From: Perkinsus olseni
Lineage: Eukaryota
Assembly: GCA_013115125.1 (NCBI GenBank)
Contig: JABANN010000098.1
Location: 1 to 64,000 of the forward strand
DNA: 64,000 bases
Direction of reading: 5' to 3'
Shown: positions 32,761-46,938 of the stretch, piece after piece
How the letters are laid out: each line of letters opens with the position of its first letter
Numbering within the stretch: position 1 is the first letter of the stretch
Made by a program: the position numbers and the translations under genes
Notes under the pieces: model-generated
The model's database searches: none
What the model was told of the DNA's origin: nothing
The model's input: only the letters and a program-made list of their open reading frames with translations

Positions 32761-33452
32761 AAGTAAGCGGTGAGGGATATATGCCTGCGCACTAAGGGAC
32801 ACTCAGCGGTAACAGACAGAGAATTGTTCGAATTCTTCAAACAGTAGGCCCGTGGTATGAAGCGGAATGAAGAACGAAGCCCCCTCACAGGATTTTGACT
32901 AGAGCAAAAGTCTTCGGAGATACCCCATCCAGTGCCAGGTAGACTCCAGAATCCGTAGCTGAGAATAGATAAAAAGTAGGAGACCCTGTCGGCAGGTCAG
33001 TTCTTGCACAGCCGGCGGCAGCTCCGTCAATGAACTTCTTGTAGTCTTCACCTTTGCCGAACTGAGCATTGGTCACCTCGCCGACTATCAGGTCACGGAA
33101 TGTGTGTTGCGATTTGCTCGTTGCAATGGTGTCCAGTGGACACTGTCCACAGAGTTAGAGGGGCTTCATACTATACTATACAGCAACCAACACAGCGCAA
33201 CTTACAGTCACGCTGCTCAACCGTGGTCCGCTAACGAACCTAGCAAGGTTGCTCTTTTACAACTGTATGCATTACCTGCTTATTTATAGCAACTTACATA
33301 CATCGCTGCATTCTACATGCGCCTACGGTATTGAGGCGCAATAGATACCCTACAATACCTCTACAAGTGTGTCGATACCTCCTGGCCGGAGGTATTGAGA
33401 ATACCTCCCACACCGTCTTACTATGAGTCCCGTGTTGCTCTTTGGGGCATAA

Positions 33453-33478
33453 TATAACATAACATAACATAACATAAC
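33453..33478. repeat. (ATAAC)n pentanucleotide microsatellite
   Basis: About five tandem ataac units read directly. Confidence 0.8.
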
Positions 33479-33968
33479 AAAAAGAACGGGGAATCCCCGT
33501 TGGGGATTGAACCACCGCCGTTCTCGTACCGGCCAGAAACACCAACCTAGAGTTAGAGGGCAGACCAGCTCGAGATAGAACGGACAGAAGACGTGAGTAG
33601 ACGAGATCGGCAAGGCCAGACTTTACCGAGTCCAGAGAGTATTGACGTGTGATACTTCACTTTGCTTCCGAGTGTAAGTTACTAGATACTAAAGATTTTT
33701 AGTCGTTTCATATATTCAGGCGAGCGAAGTTTCAATTGCTCCGCAGCCGCCGCGTAGCAGCACTTTCGGCGTTCTCTTGGAATATACTCCGGGCGAGCGC
33801 CAATTTTTCTCTTCTCAGCGCCAATTTTTCGTTGACGGGTTAAGATTGATGAATCTTCCACTTGTAACTCGTATAATCTACCGTGACAGACGTGTATAAT
33901 TCCGTTGAGAGCAAATCACAGTTCCGGCGATATCGCGTCGTGTTCTAGCACGCTCGAGTGACGGTGCC

Positions 33969-36900
33969 ATGGCGGCATCGGCGGTTTGTCAAGCTGTGAG
34001 TCTACGCAAGGTGCTCACCTCGGGAAGCTCTACGTTGCATTTTATCATTCCCCCTACCCCAAAACATTGATTGGAGGCCTGTAGTGTTGCAGCTGAGGCC
34101 GGACTGGCGCATTCAGTGGTGCCGGTCCGAAGCATTGGATGGCTTTTTTTGGGCGGAAACGAACTCCTGCACGTCGGTCGTGGTAGATCACACTAGTCAC
34201 AAGAGAAGAGTTCAGCAACCTCGACGCTTGGACGGAAGGAGGTGCTAGTAGTAGCGACGCAGGGAGTCGGGCTGTCGACTAGGCCGGTGGTGCTACTACT
34301 GCATGGGGGTTGAGCTACGCTCCTCTTGATTCGTCGTACTCTCCACTCGTCCAACACTCGATGGTCGGCGTTGAGTAGGCTAGTTCATCTTCGGGGGTCA
34401 TCGAGGACGACAAACGGGCTGGGATGAGCTCATTGTGAATCGAATCAAGTCTGTTTGATGACGCTATTGAATTTCTGTAATTTCTAGCTTGACGCGTATG
34501 GGGACCGTCAGCAGCTTGTGGAGAGGGACTCAGTCTCTCTGATTGCCTCCTGTTAGATTGTTATTTGCAAGTGTTAATGAGACGTATCTTCCGGAATAGC
34601 GTCATTTGGGGTCAAGGTAGTGGTGAAGACAACAGCGCAGTGGAAGATGATGATGACGAAGGCGGTCCTGGTGTGGAGGCTGACCCCATTACCCCTCTTT
34701 TTACTAACAAAGCGGGTCGCTGGCCGAAGTGCCTCAAAGAACTTGAAGAAGGGCAAAGTAGCACTACTTGCGAGTTTGGCGTATCTTTGAGAGTATCTTC
34801 AGGCATGGCGTCGACCTCGAGTGGGCTGATCGTATCTTCGACCTCTTCTGTTAATCCCATTGGTTTTCATGATAACGAGGATCGATCCATGTACTACCAA
34901 CAAACTGTGAAAGTGAAGGGCATCAGTCAAGAAGCGTATGTAAGTGGACTCATCGCGTGGCCGTCCGCGAGACTGTCTCTGTTCAGGTCTTTGGAGTGTT
35001 GGACGGCCACGATGGCGCCACTGCGTGCGACCTAGTCGCGGCAGAATTTCCGAAACGCTGGGTCGGCAACTCGGTGAACGACGGAAAGCTGGATACTTCG
35101 GTAGTAGCGGGGTCAGGGAGCTCGTGAGAATCAGTAAACTCATTGACGGGAAATAGAATGGAAGTGAATCATGGAATTGAATGTGTGGAAGTGTGAGTCG
35201 AGGTCGGTGACGAACGATCAAGAACATTTCACATGGTCATCTTGTAAAGTTCTACTCGAATGATCGGAGGAAGGTTATCACTTCGGTTCTCGCCGAGTGA
35301 CCGCCCACGAGTATCCAAGTCTATTAGCATGTGACTTCGATGCCTTCTCTGTTGAGGCTCACGTGTTTGATCTCGGTGTGGTTGTCTCCAGTGCCCATAC
35401 GCGTGAGGTATCCTATCGAGGAATGATTGGTGTTTTCTGTGCTTCATTGACGACAATTATTATTATGAAGAAAGAGACAAGGATAGCAGTGCTTCACGCT
35501 GACACTCATCGTTCGTGTTTTTGGGAATTTCGTGGCGCGTGACGATGTTGGTGCTGCCCCGCTGAGATTTTGCTCCTGTCAGATCGTGGATGCTGCGGCG
35601 GCAGGGTTGAAATATTGCGAGCAAGCTTTGCAGACTTCTAACTGCTCTGCGGGAGTATGCGTCTTGGGGAATTTATTAATAGGAAGGTAGGGGGAATCGA
35701 ACCTGGGTATCACGGTAGCTGGCAGTGGGGCTTATCCTGTCGAGATACTTGTATTGCGGTAATCTCGGTGATTGCCGAGCCGCATGGCTGCCTCTACGGT
35801 TTCGGGGGCTGACCATGGAACTCGACAGATCGGAAGACATCATTGCAGATGGCGGAATCCTTTGGACCAGGTGCTGCACAGTTGATTATTCTATCGAATG
35901 AAACCGGACTTGATTTTCCTAGAATGTTCTGTGAAATTACACAACCTGAGGAATATCTTTCAACCCTGAGCATTCTCTAGGGAGTCCGAATCAATGAAGA
36001 TACGCTTCGTCTTCCGGCTGAGAGCCGGCCTATTCTGTGGTCAACTTCGCGTTATATTTGTCTAAGTTCATGTTCGACGGATTTAAAACGCGATCCTCGG
36101 GTAAAATTTCATTGGTGATAACGACATCGAGTTCATACCGTAAATTACGTGTCCCCGAACATCCGGTTACAACAGAATTCATCAGTATTGTAAGGAAAAT
36201 TCTATCACGATAATGGCGCACTCTGAATTCTGAACTCATGAAAAATCGAGGTGTGACGAAAACTCCGTGAAATCCAGCCTTACCCGACCTCTTCAGTCGC
36301 GACATGAAGGCCACGGCTTCCTATGAACGGCGGAGGATATCTAAAGCTGGCGGTAACGTCACGGATGGCCGTGTTGCTGGAGTATTGGAGCCCAGGTAGG
36401 TTTCCGTAGTGCTCGAAGATGGTGATTATTGGACTTGTAATCATTCCCAGTTTATAGTGAGAGTGGTTTAAAGGGTGAGGAATTTGGCATGTGAGATCGC
36501 AGTAAAGAAAATCTAGTGCTCGGTCGAAGGCCTAGTGCTCGGTGGCTTTTTCTCCTGGCTCATGAACCTGGAACCTTTGGTATCATTCGAGGCTTGGTCT
36601 GCAGGATTATGGGGAAAATTTCTATTGTTATTAAATCGTGTTTTTACTATTTCTGAGGGACATTTTTATGATGCGCATGGTGCGGTATGCTTGCCCATTT
36701 CTCAGTCGAACAATCGGCGATTTTGACGTGAAGATGAGAATTCCTCCAGATGTCATTACTGTCACGCCAGAGGTATTATACCGTTCAACAGCATGCATGT
36801 ATGAAACGGTTAAAAGATACGCTAATCGCATCGTGCAGGTTCGGTGTGTGGATCTGCTGTCGACGGGTCGAGGGGATCCCGAGGGTCTGCAGGATGTGGG

Positions 36901-37498
36901 AAAATATGGTTCCTTTGGACTGATGATGAGCGCCACTGATGGTAGGAGGATGTGGTGGAGTCGTTGTTCTCGAACTTCTTATCAATCGCTGACCCTGTCT
37001 TATTTTACGGGTTCTATTTCGGAGCGTTCGTTCGGTGGAGGTTCACTGGTGATTCGTGGAGTACGGAGTTGGAATCGCGAAAAAGTTTCGCAATTTTTCC
37101 CGAATTTTCGCCGGAAATTTCTACGTGGTATCAGGTCAAATCACTTCGCGAAATACACATGTCACTGGACGGCTTATCGCCAAAATTACTTGAAGCATTA
37201 GCGTCAAGAATCGCCAGCGATGTTCATATCGCGGGGGAAATTCTATTGCGTAATTGCTCGGTAACCCCGATCCTTCCCCCATGGTTGGAGTTTTGGCGCA
37301 TAGTGGATGCCGCTGGTCGCTAGTAATCGAACTTTCCGCTCGGCTCTTATTCCGAGCGCTTGAGTTCGCCTAGGCCACCCACTGGAGAAATGTAACCGGT
37401 CTTTCCAGGTATCTGGGATGGCTGCGGTCGCAGAGCCATTCGTCGTGCGGTAAATGAGTACCGCAGTGATTTGTATGCAGCCATGAAGGCGATGTATA
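33969..37498 (+). CDS. Hypothetical multi-exon protein; boundaries approximate
   Basis: MAASAVCQA|gtgag start; acidic exon EDDDDEGGPG; exons HEYPSLLACDFDAFSVE, MRMVRYACPFLSRTIGDFDVKMRIPP and VKSLREIHMSLDGLSPKLL, all bounded by splice-like sites. No family recognised. Confidence 0.45.
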
Positions 37499-38559
37499 GG
37501 GGTCACGGGACGGACGAGGTGGATGGGCTGGAGAGGCCACGCAAGACTCTGCAGACGATCGGAAAGAAGTAATGAGAGGGAACTCAGTTTTTGGGGATTT
37601 TTTTGCGAAATTTATGTGTTGCTTTTTCGGCTGCGGTGAGTGTTAGTGACCATTGAGTGGTGATGATAAAAGCTCTATAATTGATTGTAGGGGGTCGCCT
37701 TAGGTTGATCGGGAAGGGTAGCGCTGTGGGGAGACGCTGGTTGAATGTCGTTCTCCTACAGTTCAGCCGGGTACCGCTAATTGTTAGCTTGACGGCCGAA
37801 AATGTTGGGCATACTATCTGACGATCTCATTTGAAGAGGGGTTGTTATGCGGGTGGTGAGGATACCCGAATGTTGTTATTGATTGAATTGTTATAACGAA
37901 AAAGAGGGATTGGTGCGCTTCAGGATGGTGAACCTGGCCCGACACGCCGGGTCAGTTGATGACTGCACGTGCCAAGTCGCGCTGGTGTATGCTCCTCCAG
38001 ACTGTGGCGTGGTGAACACGGCGGCTGATGATTGCTGATTGTTCGTGATAGTAGTACTGGTGGGATGGGGGGGGGAATCTTCCGTTCGTTCTAGTGAGAG
38101 AGCATACGAGAAGGTTCCTGCTAGCGTATTACTTCCTCTTGGTTGGTGTGAAGATCGGCAGGCGGGTTCAACGTGAAATGAAGGTTAGCGGTACTGGAAA
38201 GTTCAAGCGCTCGATCGCATGGTCGCATCGTCGGGTGTACTGTATCGTCGTCGGAGGATGTATTCCAACCTGGCATGTTTTCACTGGACTAGCTCTGCCT
38301 CCCTGAGTGGCTCATCGCTCTCGCAGGAGTTGATTTTGAGATGGATTTTGAGCTCTCGGATCATCTGGTGCGCATCGTGTCGTGTCGTTTTTTTCAGATG
38401 AGACATTTCCCGCCCAACGGCGTGTGTGGATTGCGTACCGGTTCTGGTTTCTGTTACGGTTACGGTTAAGATTGGTTTCTCCAGATTGATTTTGATGTGC
38501 TATCTGAGTGGTAGTAGTAGGAGTTTGTTATTTCTATTACACTGATCATATTTTTAATA

Positions 38560-41527
38560 GGAAGGGGTTTGCGTTGATGGTCATCAATTGCTTCTGGGTG
38601 GCGCCATCAGCGGGCAAGTGGGGGCCTGGTGAAGCCGCGTTAGTTACTGTGCGGGAGGTGTGTGGCTCCGCAATACGCGATTTGTTGAAGTTACGGTATG
38701 AATATATTGGAAAGGAAGTCATATCATACAGTTTACTTTTTCATGGCAGTTGAGGAGGGTGCTGCGATGGGAGAGGATGGCCAAGTGACCGTGGATAGTA
38801 GAAAAGGATCTGCATCACCTTCGACTAGCGCTGCATCGAGTACTAATGGAGAAGTGAGGGAGAGCAGTGATTGTAGGGTAGAAATGGGGGTTGGGGCGGG
38901 GGATATGATGCGCATGATGCTGAGAAGGAGCGTTTGCCCGGGCCCATCTTGCGCCAATTCAAGTGTATGGGATTTGATTTCGAATTTGAGTATATCTCCG
39001 CATGGGAAACAGATCGGCCTTCGGATGAGCTGGGAGCAACAGCGTTTATTGGTTCGAGCTAGTCTGTTCGGCTCGAGTAGAGAGCTACTTGTGAGGGCTC
39101 CCGTTGAGTACAGGAAATTATGGGGACTAGATACCCCGCTTACCACAGAAATGTTTCAGGTGGAAGATGAGGGTCTCGGTTGCGTATCATCAGCCTCCTC
39201 TGGTGAGAATTTAGCGTTGGGAAAAGAGAAAGCCGTTGAAAAGCAGGGTGCTGGAAAAAGACGCCGAAGGCGCAAGAGGTGGTAGCGGACTTCGCCTCGT
39301 TTGGATCCCTCCGTGCGAGCAGTAGAATTCCTAGTGGACTACAGGTTACGGTTGAAGGCCATCGTATCGTAGGCGATGTGACGTCTGTGCGATTCTCGGA
39401 CTTCAGCGTGCTAGGGCAACCCAGCTCAGCTTCCATATCGATGAGCCGAATTGAAATTGGAGGACCAACGTGGAAAATTCCGTGTGATGGTGATTTGATG
39501 GTGATGAGTTCAAATCATCGGTCTTCGGGTATTTCGTATCATGCGTGACGAAGCGGAAAGATATTAGAAAATATTAGTCCTATGAGCGCACACAGTGTGC
39601 GGCAAGCCTTAATGGACGTGGTTGATTGATGAACAGCGGGATAAACCCAAGGCTTCATTGACTGTCAATTTAGCATTGAACTCATTGATAAATCGCTGAT
39701 CCACAATCAGCTTGGCGATTTCTCTAGCAATTCAACTCAAGTACAAGTGACCATTAGCGATACTAGGCTTAGTGACTTCGCCGAGCGAAGTTTGGGTCCC
39801 GAGCCTAGGTCCTTGTTTGTGGGTATCTGTTCTACTACTGTGTAGGAAACGCAAGAAACGAGGGGGTGCTGCAACCGCGCTGGAATTGCAGCCAGTGATG
39901 GCGGACCGAGCGGTGTCTCCTAGCGGGGCTAGTGACGAAGTCATCAGTCTAGCATCGGATTTTGGGCGAGCTGAGGAGGAGGAGGAAGAGGTGATAGGAC
40001 TTGGAGAGGCTGGGGATCTTCCAATGGTATCTGAGGAGAATCCTAATCGAACGTTATGGCGAGTGCGGCGGTGGGCCACAGAGATGGTGTCTGAATCATC
40101 GGAGTCGTCAATGTCATCGGATGTTGAGCTGCAGTCTGATCTGGAGGAAGACGGCCAGCAGACGCCCCGATGGAGCGCTGATGCGCATGGTAGTATGTCG
40201 GACTTCTTGTGGGGGCTGGGAGAAGGAGGGGGCGCCGGGTGAGTATGGGCACTGCGGGGATCGGCATCTTTACCTTCTCTCCACAAGTGTTCTGAGGCAA
40301 TCCTGCCTGTGACATACCGCGCAGAATGCGAGGGACTTCTTTTGACGACACGTGGAGTTTTATAGTGGTCCGCAACGTAAAGTAGGCGGGCATGATGGCT
40401 TCGAACTCGGTACCTTGGTGTCAGCTGCCCTTTGTGGATTGGGATGCTGATACCCTGTGTACTCTCAGAGTACTCAGAGTACTACTCTGGCTCGCCAAAG
40501 CTGCCGGAATATCCGCGCCAACCCCACGGAGCGTCGTCCGTTCTCCTAGATGCAGTCAACGGTTTGAAGCTCTTGCTGTGTTTGAGCCGTACATGCGTCT
40601 AGGCTTCGACATATATGCTGTTCTTACTTGACCTTCTTATCATGCAGCGTCGATCACTTGTCTGTAGGTCCTCTAGTTCTAGCTCCGGTGCATCGAATGA
40701 CCCCATGGAGGTCGGAGTCTCGGCGGAACGAACGGTGGACTACATGCATAGACTTTGCTGTGCCGAGGGCCAGCTGATGCGATCTCTGGCCAATGGTTCG
40801 AATGCTGACCCGCGCGAGCGGCAAACAACTTGTCCGAGGTAGAACATTGCCGATTGCGTCATCCTGAGCTGGGAATTTCGGGTTCTCATCAGGGGAGTAC
40901 ATCTCGGTTGAGGGACAGTGAGATTTTTCGAGAGAAGCTTGTTCAGGTGCGGAGCGCCGAAGCTGAGCGGATCAAGGTGTGCGAGCTGCCGGTCGTTTGC
41001 TAACAGGGAGACATCTAGATGGTGCGGATCAACCTCCGGAGTTGGCCCGATGTAAGGGGTGCTTAGGCCTTGGAGGGGTGCAGTTAGAGTGTCTCGTTTG
41101 GGGGAAAGTGGTGGTAGAATGTAAGTAGGCTAAGCTCGTAATGAGCGAGACGGAGCCGGTACAGTGTAGAGTAGCCGAGAAAAGTGGAGTTGATAATGGG
41201 GCCTTAGTGTGATGGAGTCAGTGAACACGCGGTTTGATAGTTGAACTGTGTTCATTAGCTCCATCATATTTGGATTGGACTTCAACTACGTCAGAACGGT
41301 GCAAGGGTCGTTCTGTCCGCTCGAGCGTCACTCACGGGAATCGCATCTTTTCTGTTCCCAGCTCCCATCTTTGGACGGCGGCGTCTGACTTATGGCACTC
41401 ATCGGTCGAGGCTGTGGGGGATGGGATAAAGCGTCTTGCATTGACTGACGGAGGCGGGTCTGCGGCATCGAGATCGAAGGGCACTAGTCGGCGTAGGCGC
41501 AATCGGCGGAGGCATGATGGTGGTTGA
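38560..41527 (+). CDS. Hypothetical multi-exon protein with basic (NLS-like) and acidic tracts; boundaries approximate
   Basis: Coding-like segments LRMSWEQQRLLVRASLFG, GKRRRRRKR, RAEEEEEEVIG, VPWCQLPFVDWDADTL, ending GTSRRRRNRRRHDGG* at 41527. Confidence 0.4.
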
Positions 41528-42602
41528 GGCGGCGACCCGTGGTGTTGATGGCTTTAACTCATCACATGGGATGAGTCATCGATTGGTCACAGTCATGTGT
41601 GCTTTCCGTGTGTGATAGTAGTAAAATATCATTTCTTGCGTGTCACCAGGGGAGTTGAGTAGGTGGGAGTCCAGACTGGGCTGGTCAGCGGATGAAGATA
41701 GTCTGTCATTTTCCGTCTGAGCATCAGTGCATGTCGCTGACCAGCAATATTTGTCCCACAGATTCGCGGGAATATGCTGTGGCATGGATCACTCACTAGT
41801 CTGCTGTGCCTCCGGGAAGAACCTCTCAGTACAAGGTGACTGGAGAAACAACCGCGCTTGAGGATGTGCCATTCAGTGATCAATCGCAATCTCGGTCTCG
41901 AGCAGACCAAGTTCAGCATGGCTTCACTTGTCTTAGGAAGGATAGCAGGAGGCGGTCGAGAGAGAAGGTAGAGAAGGGGGGGGAATGATGGGATAGTGGG
42001 ACCCTGGGTGATTCCCGCGATTCAATTTGAAACGACTCGAGTTTTATGCATTCGCCTAGTATTCGCAATCTGTCATGTTGTATGAAATGTGTTTACTAAA
42101 TGTGCGAAAAAATATCGAGAGCCTTGAGGAACTCATGTCCAAACCGTTGTGGGGTATCCCTTCTCAGCTTGCTGGCTTGGGCCACCACTCGTGTGAAACC
42201 ATGGTTGTAATCTACTCGTGGCAGTGACAAAGAGGTGCAGGAAGAATGGCCCTCGATGTCGGCTAATAGTCGGAGTCAGGTCTGTCACGTAGCTGATGAC
42301 TGTCATAGACAGACTATGCTGTAGCAGACCTTGGTGTCCGTCAGAAAGTCTGAGGATGCGCGTAGCGTGTAGCCCGCCCACGGAGTCAATCGACACTTTT
42401 TATTGATGTCACAGCGTGCTCGAATGCAAGCGGCCCCTTCATTAGAGCCCTGGCGGAGGGGAGGCGGACACTGAGACAAATTTTCTCATATTGAATATGG
42501 CCGAGCTAGCCACGATCGGCTGAGTTCCAAGTTCCGTGTTTCAGTGAAGTAATTTTGAACGAGAACATAGCAGCGGGTGTGTCCAGTCGGCCTGTGCAGA
42601 CA

Positions 42603-42925
42603 GTGGGCATAGACCTCTACGGGCCCCTGCACAATCTCCGACGGACATTCAAGGTTCGTGTTGACGGCCACATGCACGTTTACTGGCTACACGGACTTCA
42701 GAGTCTTCGCCGAACAGACGCTGCCGCTGATGTGAGCAATGGCTTGACAGTTCTCTTCTTGAGATACGGGTACCCTCAATACATCGTTACCGACGGCGGC
42801 ACTCACTTCAGTAGCCGTGCAGTTCGAGGCATTTGCGCGGACTCGGGGCATCGAACACATTGTCATCCCTCCCTACACGGCCAACTACGGCGGCTTCTAC
42901 GAGAGAACGCACCGCGACATGAGCG
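42603..42925 (+). mobile_element. Degenerate LTR-retrotransposon integrase core (rve), BEL/Pao-like
   Basis: VGIDLYGP...FLRYGYPQYIVTDGGTHF, then a frameshift to FARTRGIEHIVIPPYTANYGGFYERTHR. The GGFYER motif is typical of BEL/Pao integrases. Confidence 0.8.
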
Positions 42926-44519
42926 AGATGTTCCGAGCTTCAGCAAGAAGCTCGATGCAGATTTCTGGTTATCGGCCGTGTTTCAGGAGACTGCCGAGGA
43001 TTATATTCGATATCAATAAGTCGGAGACGATCATTTCGAGTGACAACTGTGAGGTTTCCAAGATTGAGAACGACAACCTAATCTGGCTCATACTCATCCG
43101 CTAATATCACATGTGCTGTTGCCAGTCGACAACTGGGTTGTGTTCCTCGATCAAACCTGTATCGTTGACTGATTCTGATATGGCATTACGAGTGATCATT
43201 GCAGTGATCATTGGCCGAATGATCCGGCGCCCGCCGGTTCGACCCCGCTAGCCGGGCCTCACTCCGAGCCTCTGCTAGTTGCTCGGCAGGTCGTGGATTT
43301 TTTAAACGCTCTATCACGTCACCCGGAGCCCTACTAGGGCCCTGGGCGACGCGATGGAGAGCTAGGGCCGCTCTAGGAACACTAACGCATGCTTGGCAAT
43401 TTTCGAGTCTCTGGCCACGCGTAGGTTTTAATTTCGACTGTTATGAATGTGAATTCAGGTGCCTGAGCTAGTGTTCCTGGTTGGATTGCTCAACATGGCT
43501 GTGAAAATATCAACGTCATGGTTTATCGGTAACTACGAGTGAATCCGATTGGCACTCCAAGAGTATTAGGATTAGAGGGTAGCATTAGACTCAGGATTCC
43601 GGAGGTACGATGGGGTCGGTCATTGGGAGAATTGCGCTATCCGCACTGCGGATTTCGCGGCACGAGCAAACGAATGAACCCGGGGCGTTACCTTGGGTGT
43701 TTTATGAAGTGAAGGTTGGAACGGCAACTACGGTGTCGTGACAGGACCAAATATTGGAACTATTGAGTGAACTTCTTTAGGAATATCAAATTCCGAATTC
43801 GAATGATGTTGGGATTTTCGAGAGATCGTCGTCTTAGCACGTGATATAGGGTTCGTGGGTTTGATGATAATAAAATCGCCCAATTACGATGGCAGCGCAC
43901 CGAAGTAGTTAGTTCCCAGGGCCCCTGGGCCAGGGGGCGTTGGCAGTGCCCATTCTCGGGAACTCCGACTCGTCACGAGTCACTCGTGCAGCATTGACTG
44001 GCCCAGTCAGACTGGGTGGTCCTTATCTTCGACTTCGGTCGACCCGCGGACGCTAGGAGGCGCTGAGACTCTCAGCTTCTTAGTCTGAGAAGGGATTTGT
44101 ATGTAGGGTACTTTTTCACTCGTCAGTATGAGAATCATCAGGTATCTATAGGTCACAACTCAAATAACATGGCCGTTAGCGCCAATATGAACGTCCCTCA
44201 CTCCTCGAACATCTGTCGCGATGCACCAGAGAATTTCGGCAACTGTGATTGAGTCTATGCTTCCAAGGGCGAGTACATCCACGCTATGCCGGCCGGAAAG
44301 TATCCAGGCGGCGTGTGTCTTCTGAGCAGTGCACAGTGCCATAGGGAGGCCTGCGTCATTGACGCAGCATCATTCTCCATTCTTGGGGAAGCGCGCCCGA
44401 ATCTGTGCTTCTCGCAGAGGGGGGTGTGAGGAGGCAAGCTCATTTAGCTTCATTATCGATTCCTACTGCATAGTTTGAGAACATCTTTGCGCGAAGCTAA
44501 GTGACACTGGCATCCAGGT

Positions 44520-44870
44520 CTTCGAGGTCATCTCTGTGGACTTCGCCGGCCCTTTCACGCAGAGTGGCGGAGGGTAGATCGTTACATTCTGGTTCTCGTC
44601 GACAAATACACACGCTTCGCAATGGTTACGCCCATAAGCGGCAAAACAGCGAGAGAAGTGGCTAGCAGTTTAATCGAGAACTGGGTTGCCATTTACGGCG
44701 CTCCCAGAATCATCCGCACAGACCGAGGGTCAGACTTCAGGTCACGGAGTCGTCACAACGGTCTGCCAGCCTATTGGCATCACTCACAAGTTTGTCGGGG
44801 CCTAGAACCCCAAGACTAACGGCATGGTTGAGAGTACAGTCAGCAGCATGAAGAAGGTTATGCGCAATGA
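44520..44870 (+). mobile_element. Degenerate LTR-retrotransposon integrase core (rve), Ty3/Gypsy-like
   Basis: FEVISVDFAGPF, YILVLVDKYTRFAMVTPISGKTAREVASSLIENWVAIYGAPRIIRTDRGSDF, NPKTNGMVES; contains stops and frameshifts. Confidence 0.85.
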
Positions 44871-46139
44871 AAGCCGCGCAAGTCAGTGGTCAACGATCAA
44901 ACTTCATCCTCGACCGGCCTAAACGTAGGACTTGATGTAACTCTGAAGGACTACCAGAGAAGTTTTATAGGTCCAAACACGTGTTGTAGCGAGCTCTCAT
45001 CAAGTTGTCTCGAATACTCTAAATGTTGGAGCGATTCTGGTATACTTGTACATTCGAGAGTTGCGTTCCGCTGCTGCATCTCCACGAGAGAGGTCTGCGT
45101 CGCAGACTCTGCGAGAGTGCACCTCTCGTGTCACATCATCTGCGGGCACTAGAAAAAATTGAACTCACAGTCTTCCTTCGGTGCTCACCGCGTTTGACTT
45201 GAATGATGCGGAAGATTTCTGTCGACCTTGTAGTGAAAGGTTCTCCCTCATTGCTAATAATTAATTTGGGTATGTTAATTATTTATAGGTGGTAGCAAGT
45301 TGCTACTAGCAACCGAATTGGCTTTGGACCTGGCATTGAAGTGTGTCCCAGGCGACATGATGAGATGTTTACGTTTCTGTCTCAGGCTCATGCCCTCGTC
45401 GTCAGATTCTCTCGCAGCAGTGAATGAGATCGAATTAACGTGTCGCTATCACAGCCCTCTCTGTTCCTGTATTTGCCCAGTGTTCGAGTGAGATAATATC
45501 CGATGGTGCAGCTGTTCGTCCGCCCCATGGTTTTGAATCCGGTGAGAGGAAACCCCATGAACGTTGTGTTCATGAGTCGTGACGACGTCGATTGATGTAA
45601 TTTTCCGAGGAGGCCATCACCGTGTTCATCACGGAAGTGAGTCGTGTTGGCAAAATTTGCCAGGCAAATCGACGCCGGCGACCACACGCCCGGCGTGTCG
45701 CGCCGGACGGTTCTGTATCTACTGTGTGTGCCATTTTGATATGCAAATGACCAAAATTGAGATATCTTGCTTAATACGAAGCTTTCATATGTCAAAGTTG
45801 GTCTGCTTACGTATTTTGACGAGAGGAATTCATTGATATATCGATCAACCGTTTCATTGACCGTTTCGTCGTTGTAGAGCGCGAAGTGAATTTCCCGCGC
45901 GCCACGTGTACCATTTCGATGTGCAACCGTGCCGTTATGCGGAAATACGCGACCGAAAAAACTAGAGAGGGTCTCTGCGCCTAGGACAGTGCTAGGCAGC
46001 GCCTTCTGCCGCTCCTATCCGGGTCGTGTAGCGCTGCACGCTACAAAATTGCCCCACTATGCGATCTTTCGTCGGCCTGTGCCTCGTACAACATAATGAT
46101 CGATTTGCGGCCGACAATAGGCAGAGGCGATGCTCGCAG

Positions 46140-46460
46140 CTCTTGTACTACTTGGTGAGTCCCTGCCACGTCTATAATAGACGTCTTCACAAAGTACGCG
46201 ATGTTCAGTTCCGTTCAAGGCATGACAGCGCGGAGGTTGCCACGGTCATCTTAAGAAGCTGGATCTTCAAGTTTGGCTTTTCCGCATAGATCCGGGCCGA
46301 CAGCGGAACTGACTTCATGGCCTGGGCCTTCCGACATCTGCTGGACGAGTAAGGCATACAGTTCACACTAACCACAGGCTACAGCCCACACACCAACGGC
46401 TAGATCGAAAGGGTTCACCGCACTCTCAAGAAGACTCTGCGGGCTCTCTCCTCGGAATCC
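46140..46460 (+). mobile_element. Degenerate LTR-retrotransposon integrase core (rve), Ty3/Gypsy-like
   Basis: SAEVATVILRSWIFKFGFSA*IRADSGTDFMAWAFRHLLDE*GIQFTLTTGYSPHTNG*IERVHRTLK; three in-frame stops. Confidence 0.85.
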
Positions 46461-46938
46461 GAACAGTTCGAGACAATTGGGCGTGACTGACTTGGTGTTT
46501 CGCATGAAAGCTGCAGTCGGTATGGCATTTGTGCTCTCCAGCAGAGCAACCCTCACAGGTGGCTATGGTATTGGAGGTCCTGAGAGCCTCGAAAACGAGA
46601 GTACCTCGTTACTAACAAGCGTTGTTGACCCCTCGCCATTGAACCACTTTTCCTGTGCGGAGTTGTGTTTAGCGTCGGCGCAGAGCTACTGCGATATCAT
46701 TCCCACTACCGACCCGGTTAATCCCTGGTTTGAAATTTGATCCGCCCACAGCACTGTGGTCGCCGGTCCACTTCAATTCTCCCAAGATACCCGCCCGCCC
46801 TCCCCCTCCATGGACCACGACGACGACGGTTCTTGTCTTGTACAGGTGGCATGGTCTACTGGTGTCTATTAGTATCTCGGAGCTTGAGTTGACTCAGTGA
46901 TACGGGCCAATCTGCAGGGAGTGTGGCCAGTTTATTTT

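Noticed and set aside
32885-33620. Possible small minus-strand gene ending ...GVYLALDGVSPKTFALVKIL*
   Set aside because: The last segment looks coding, but no credible start or upstream exon chain could be established.
43205-43260. Pol III A-box/B-box-like pair (tggccgaatg ... ggttcgacccc)
   Set aside because: Spacing is too short for a tRNA or SINE head and there are no supporting stems.
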